This document shows, in pieces, positions 60,301-64,000 of a stretch of DNA of 64,000 bases (positions within the stretch are counted from its first letter, which is position 1; each line of letters starts with the position of its first letter). Source of the DNA: Psammoneis japonica. Taxonomy: Eukaryota. A program made the position numbers and the translations under genes. The stretch is from assembly GCA_008632985.1 (NCBI GenBank), contig QPGO01000008.1:290979-354978 (forward strand), written 5' to 3'. The notes under the pieces were generated by a model, which saw nothing but the letters and a program-made list of their open reading frames with translations, did not search any database and was not told the DNA's origin.

Positions 60301-61800
60301 AAAACCAAATGGTGAACTGTCAAAACACAAAGCAAGAACATGCGTCGACGGATCAAAACAACAACACGGTGTTGACCATTGGGACACATTCACCCCCGTC
60401 ATCGCGTGGAGTGCAGTGAGACTCATTTTGTGTCTAGCGGCAATTGCCTGTCTGAAAAGCAGACAAGTGGACTGTGTGCAAGCATTTCCACAAGCAGAGC
60501 TGGAAGAACCAGTTTGTGTGAGACTCCCAGAAGGTTGGGAGGTCAAAGATGAAAATGGGAACACAATGCCAGACATGGCATGCAAACTCAAAAAGAACCT
60601 GTGCGGCACGAAAACTGCTGCACGAAACTGGTTTCAGAAACTGTCCAAAGGCCTGGAACGCCGAGGATTCAAGAAATCAAAACTGGACCCATGTCTGTTC
60701 ATCCGAAATGACAGCATCATCCGCTTGTGCACAGATGATTGTCTCGCATTCGCTCCAACAAATGACATTGTCACGACGCTCACACAAGAGCTCAAACAAG
60801 ACGAGTTCCAACTTGCCGACGAAGGCGATGCATCCGCTTTCTCAGGCGTTGACATCACTCAAACCGCAAACGGCGAGATGTCAATGACCCAGACTGGCCT
60901 TGTTGATTCCATGTTGACAGACCTTGGCCTGCAGTCAACCAACAATGAACCGTTGCAGAACAAGCCACGTGCAAAGGCTGCCCCAGAAGCACAAATGTTG
61001 CACCCTGATTCGAACGGTCAGGAGCGTCAAGAAACATGGAACTGCCAGTCAGTCATCGGAAAGATGAGTTTCTCAGCTCAAATGACTCGCCCTGACATTG
61101 CAATGGCGGTGCATGTGTGCGCTAGATTTTCGAATTGCCCAAAGGCATTGCACGAACGCACTGTCAAATGCATCGGACGCCACCTGTTGGCAACTTCAAC
61201 AGACGGAATTAAGTTCCGGCCAAAAGGGAAATTCTCCCTGGATGCACATGTTGACAGCGACTTCGCAGGAATGTGGCACAGAAATTTTGCCCACCTCCAC
61301 GATTCGCACCTTTCCCGATCAGGACATGTCATCACATTTGCTGGCTGTCCCATCTGTTGGAAGAGCAAATTACAAACCGAGACAGCTCTCTCCTCAACTG
61401 AGGCTGAACTTGTTGCGCTATCACAGTGCTTACGTGAGCCATTCCCTGTGAGAACTGCGCTGGAAGAATTGTCCAAAACCATGGATTTTGAACTGGCAGA
61501 TTCACACATTGAACCCGGTTCTCTGGAAACTCTTGTGTCACCACACAAGCTTCCCCCGTCCACCGCACATGAAGACAATGCCGGCTGCATTGTCCCAGCC
61601 ACATCTGACGAGCAACACAGAGTGCCGGAGCCAAGCACATTAGCATCAAATGGATGCATTTTCGTGACCACATCAAACGTGGTTCTGTGAAGGCAGTGAA
61701 AGTTGACACCAACCACAATTGGGCAGATTTGCTCACTGAACCTCTTGGAAGAACCAAGTTCGAAGGTTTGAGGCGCATGACAATGGGTTGGCAACCCTGT
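57333..61800 (+). pseudogene. pol: Copia B pol (protease, integrase, reverse transcriptase, RNase H), with frameshifts and one TAG
   Basis: VIDSGAS; LHHRMGH..CKAC; HVHADD, CGVGAHWQNGISER, WGCPVY; KHKAR, NLCG, LCTDD, TRPDI; HVDSDFAG, ALSSTEAE, HEDNAG, ADLLTEPL. Confidence 0.93.
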
Positions 61801-62012
61801 GAGCAGTTCAACACGGCTGCAGAATGTGACAAAAACAGCATTTTTGACTTGTGCAAATGGCGCCATTGTCTCGCTTCTCCTCGAAGCACGAGGGAGAGAC
61901 AAACCCTAGACACACCCTAGACACTTTCTAGGGATGCTCTAGAGGCTTAACAAAGACATTGCTTCATCGGCTTAGCTTCTCTTACATTGCTTGACAGAGC
62001 CCTCGTCGACAC

Positions 62013-62030
62013 GAGGGAGTGTCACGGTCA
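62013..62030 (+). promoter_or_regulatory. Polypurine tract (GAGGGAG) and start of the 3' LTR (TG at 62020)
   Basis: CACGAGGGAG|TGTCACGG about 220 bp downstream of the RNase H end. Confidence 0.6.
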
Positions 62031-62940
62031 GCGTACGACGTGCAGACGGACAGACTGTACCTCGTAGAGAACAGCTCGTGCTGACTCAGTGGGATGATGT
62101 CGAAGACACCTCTGAAGTGACTGACGTGGATAGATCATAGACCGCAGAAGCAGTGAGCCTCTAAAGCTCACAATGTCTTCACAAGACACAGCTCCATTTT
62201 CACAGACATGTGCCAGTCTTGCAATTTCTGCAAAATGTCTTTCAACAAACTGCAGCGCCAGTCACTTGACAATGTGCAAGAGGGTTGTGGTGCTGGTCTT
62301 CTCACTTGAGCTCCTCAGCTTCAGAAAAAAATGCTGCGCTGCATGATTTGAAGCAAAGTTGATTTGTGATGACACCAACCGTCTCATGGCAACAAGGCAG
62401 TTGAAACAGATTGACCCCTTGACATGCTCCAAAGATTCTTGGCTGCATGGCTTTCCCCTTCACTTGTGTGGCTGGGAGTGTGAAAATGGGCACAATGGCT
62501 GAGCTCTTGCAGCAGAACAAGGCATGACCTTCTGGGTCTTGGCATGTCAAAAAACAAGATCTGTTGTTGAGAAAGCCAAAAAACAATGCTCAAACATTTG
62601 AGTGCTGCTGAGCCAACAGCAGGTTGGGAAACTGAAGAAACAAGAAGAACTTCAGAAAGATTCTTGTCAAGAAAACTTCAGAAAGATTTTTGTCAAGAAG
62701 CAGACAAAGTGCAAGTGCTTGATGCAGAAGAAGCCAAGGAGCACTCTGTGGCAGATGACAACAAAACAGGAGAAGAAGAGCCTCTTGGTTTTTGAACTTG
62801 GACAGCAGCTGGTCAACATCAAAAGTGCTGTTTGTGGGAACAGGCCATGTGCAATTTTAAAAGCAGGGCAGCACCCAGAAGCAGTCAGCAAAGCATGCAA
62901 GTTGCCACAAGAAAATGTTCTACAATGTGCAGCTCAGTGC

Positions 62941-64000
62941 AGGATCCGAGTGTTGACTCAGCAAATGACCGCTTCGGACTGGATCTCAATTGCAGTGTGC
63001 ATGCAGACAAAAGGTTATTTTGTCACGCCCTTTGTGACATTTGAAGGCTGCAACACGTCGCCGTGATGCATCAACTCTTGTTAGCAGCTGTGTGTTGCAC
63101 AGTTGATCCCAGTCAAGAACCACTGAGAAGTGACAAAACCTTGTGACACTTGGGAGACTCACAGAGCAGAGCATTTGGTGCAAGCTCTGCTCCACACAAG
63201 GGGGGGGTGGGAGAAACCCAAACCCTCCGCAGGGTCCTGCACCAGTGCAGGGGCTCTTCCGGAAATTCAACGGAGCACTGGCACCTCGGGCGTTTTCGAG
63301 AGCCAACCCCCAGTGGCACACCCTTCGGCATTTCGCGACGTTGGGCAGCAACTGGGGAGTGAAGTGAGCACCTCGAATGAAGACACGCCAGACCAAGTTT
63401 TCCCGCACAAAAACCAAAGCCGTCAAAGGTGTTGTGCTGCGTTGCAATCCCAGACCTCGTCTTGTCGACTCCCGAGGCCGAATGAGACGGGTCGAGCTCT
63501 GGTCCCAGGGTGTGGTGGGTGGGTAAAAAGAAGAATGCATTTCCGAGCTTGAGTGATCCAGTCACGATGATCAGGGTTCCTGTTCCAACAAAGCTGGAAA
63601 AGTGAGAGAAAAGAAAACCGAAGTTTGACCGGTCACAGTCAGAAGACCAGACTGAGTCATCTTGAGTCGGAAGTGCCCCACTTCCGTCGCGGATCCAGCG
63701 AGAGGTCATGGTCATCGAGCGAGGTCGGTTTGAGTCAGTCCGTCTCCATCTAAACTTGGGTGCGAGGAGGATCCGAGCACTGACTCAGCAAACGACCGCT
63801 TCGGACTGGACCTCAATTGATCCTAGTCAAGAACCACTGAGAAGCAACAAAACCTTGTGACACTTAGGAGACTCACAGAGCAGAGCATTCGGCACAAGCT
63901 CTGCTCCACACAAGGGGGGGTGGGAGAAACCCAAACCCTCCGCAGGGTCCTGCACCAGTGCAGGGGCTCTTCCGGAAATTCAACGGAGCACTGGTGCCTC
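62941..64000 (+). repeat. Direct repeat (62941-63287 and 63768->64000), LTR-like or tandem unit; copy 1 has 113 extra bases (62993-63105)
   Basis: About 230 alignable bases, near identical apart from transitions. Confidence 0.92.

Larger units (their letters stand above)
55890..62200 (+). mobile_element. Ty1/Copia (CoDi-like) retrotransposon B, near complete but hypermutated
   Basis: Order gag, protease, integrase, RT, RNase H, then a polypurine tract and a TG LTR start. 5' LTR not recognised; 3' end approximate. Confidence 0.92.

Noticed and set aside
59402..61690. Diversity-generating retroelement (adenine-specific mutagenesis)
   Set aside because: The RT is Copia type, no template/variable repeat pair is seen, and the changes are TpA-specific transitions over tens of kb.
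55890..61800. ADAR-type RNA editing or reverse-transcriptase error fixed during retrotransposition
   Set aside because: Both A->G and T->C are mixed along the same strand. The signature also covers a DNA transposon, host-gene relics and intergenic DNA, and stops within an element.
62993..63105. MITE insertion in repeat copy 1
   Set aside because: Terminal inverted match is weak; a TTG microhomology deletion in copy 2 explains it equally well.
44750..64000. Classical fungal RIP or plain 5mC deamination as the cause of the TG/CA excess
   Set aside because: RIP increases TpA, whereas here TpA is lost. CpG remains abundant in 56-62 kb, and Tyr->Cys/His needs A->G or T->C.

Overview
Eukaryotic nuclear DNA, most likely from a diatom. 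The evidence is short GT-AG introns of about 80-100 nt, CoDi-like Copia elements, diatom-type LRR and class-C GPCR relics, and RXL-motif secreted proteins. The window alternates between two kinds of DNA. Gene islands of normal composition (~4.3-8.4, ~18-31.6 and ~37.2-44.7 kb) encode a GNAT, a nitrilase-fold protein, a PPR protein, a methyltransferase-R3H protein, several secreted Cys-rich proteins, MPP-alpha and mitochondrial S15. Degenerate blocks (~1-4.2, 8.5-17.8, 31.7-37.1 and 44.8-64 kb) hold transposons and decayed copies of host genes. The main result is that the degenerate blocks have lost almost all TpA dinucleotides through TA->TG and TA->CA transitions on both strands. This turns conserved Tyr into Cys or His, Leu into Pro or Ser, Ile into Thr and Val into Ala. 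It happens even where CpG is abundant, shows a flanking-base preference (RTAY lost first, YTAR survives), and stops part-way through one transposon. It looks like a repeat- or heterochromatin-targeted A:T->G:C hypermutation system, opposite in direction to fungal RIP. A second notable item is a piggyBac-like transposon whose transposase has a YqaJ/lambda-exonuclease domain inserted inside the catalytic core. All counts were made by eye, family calls rest on remembered motifs rather than searches, and relic boundaries are approximate.
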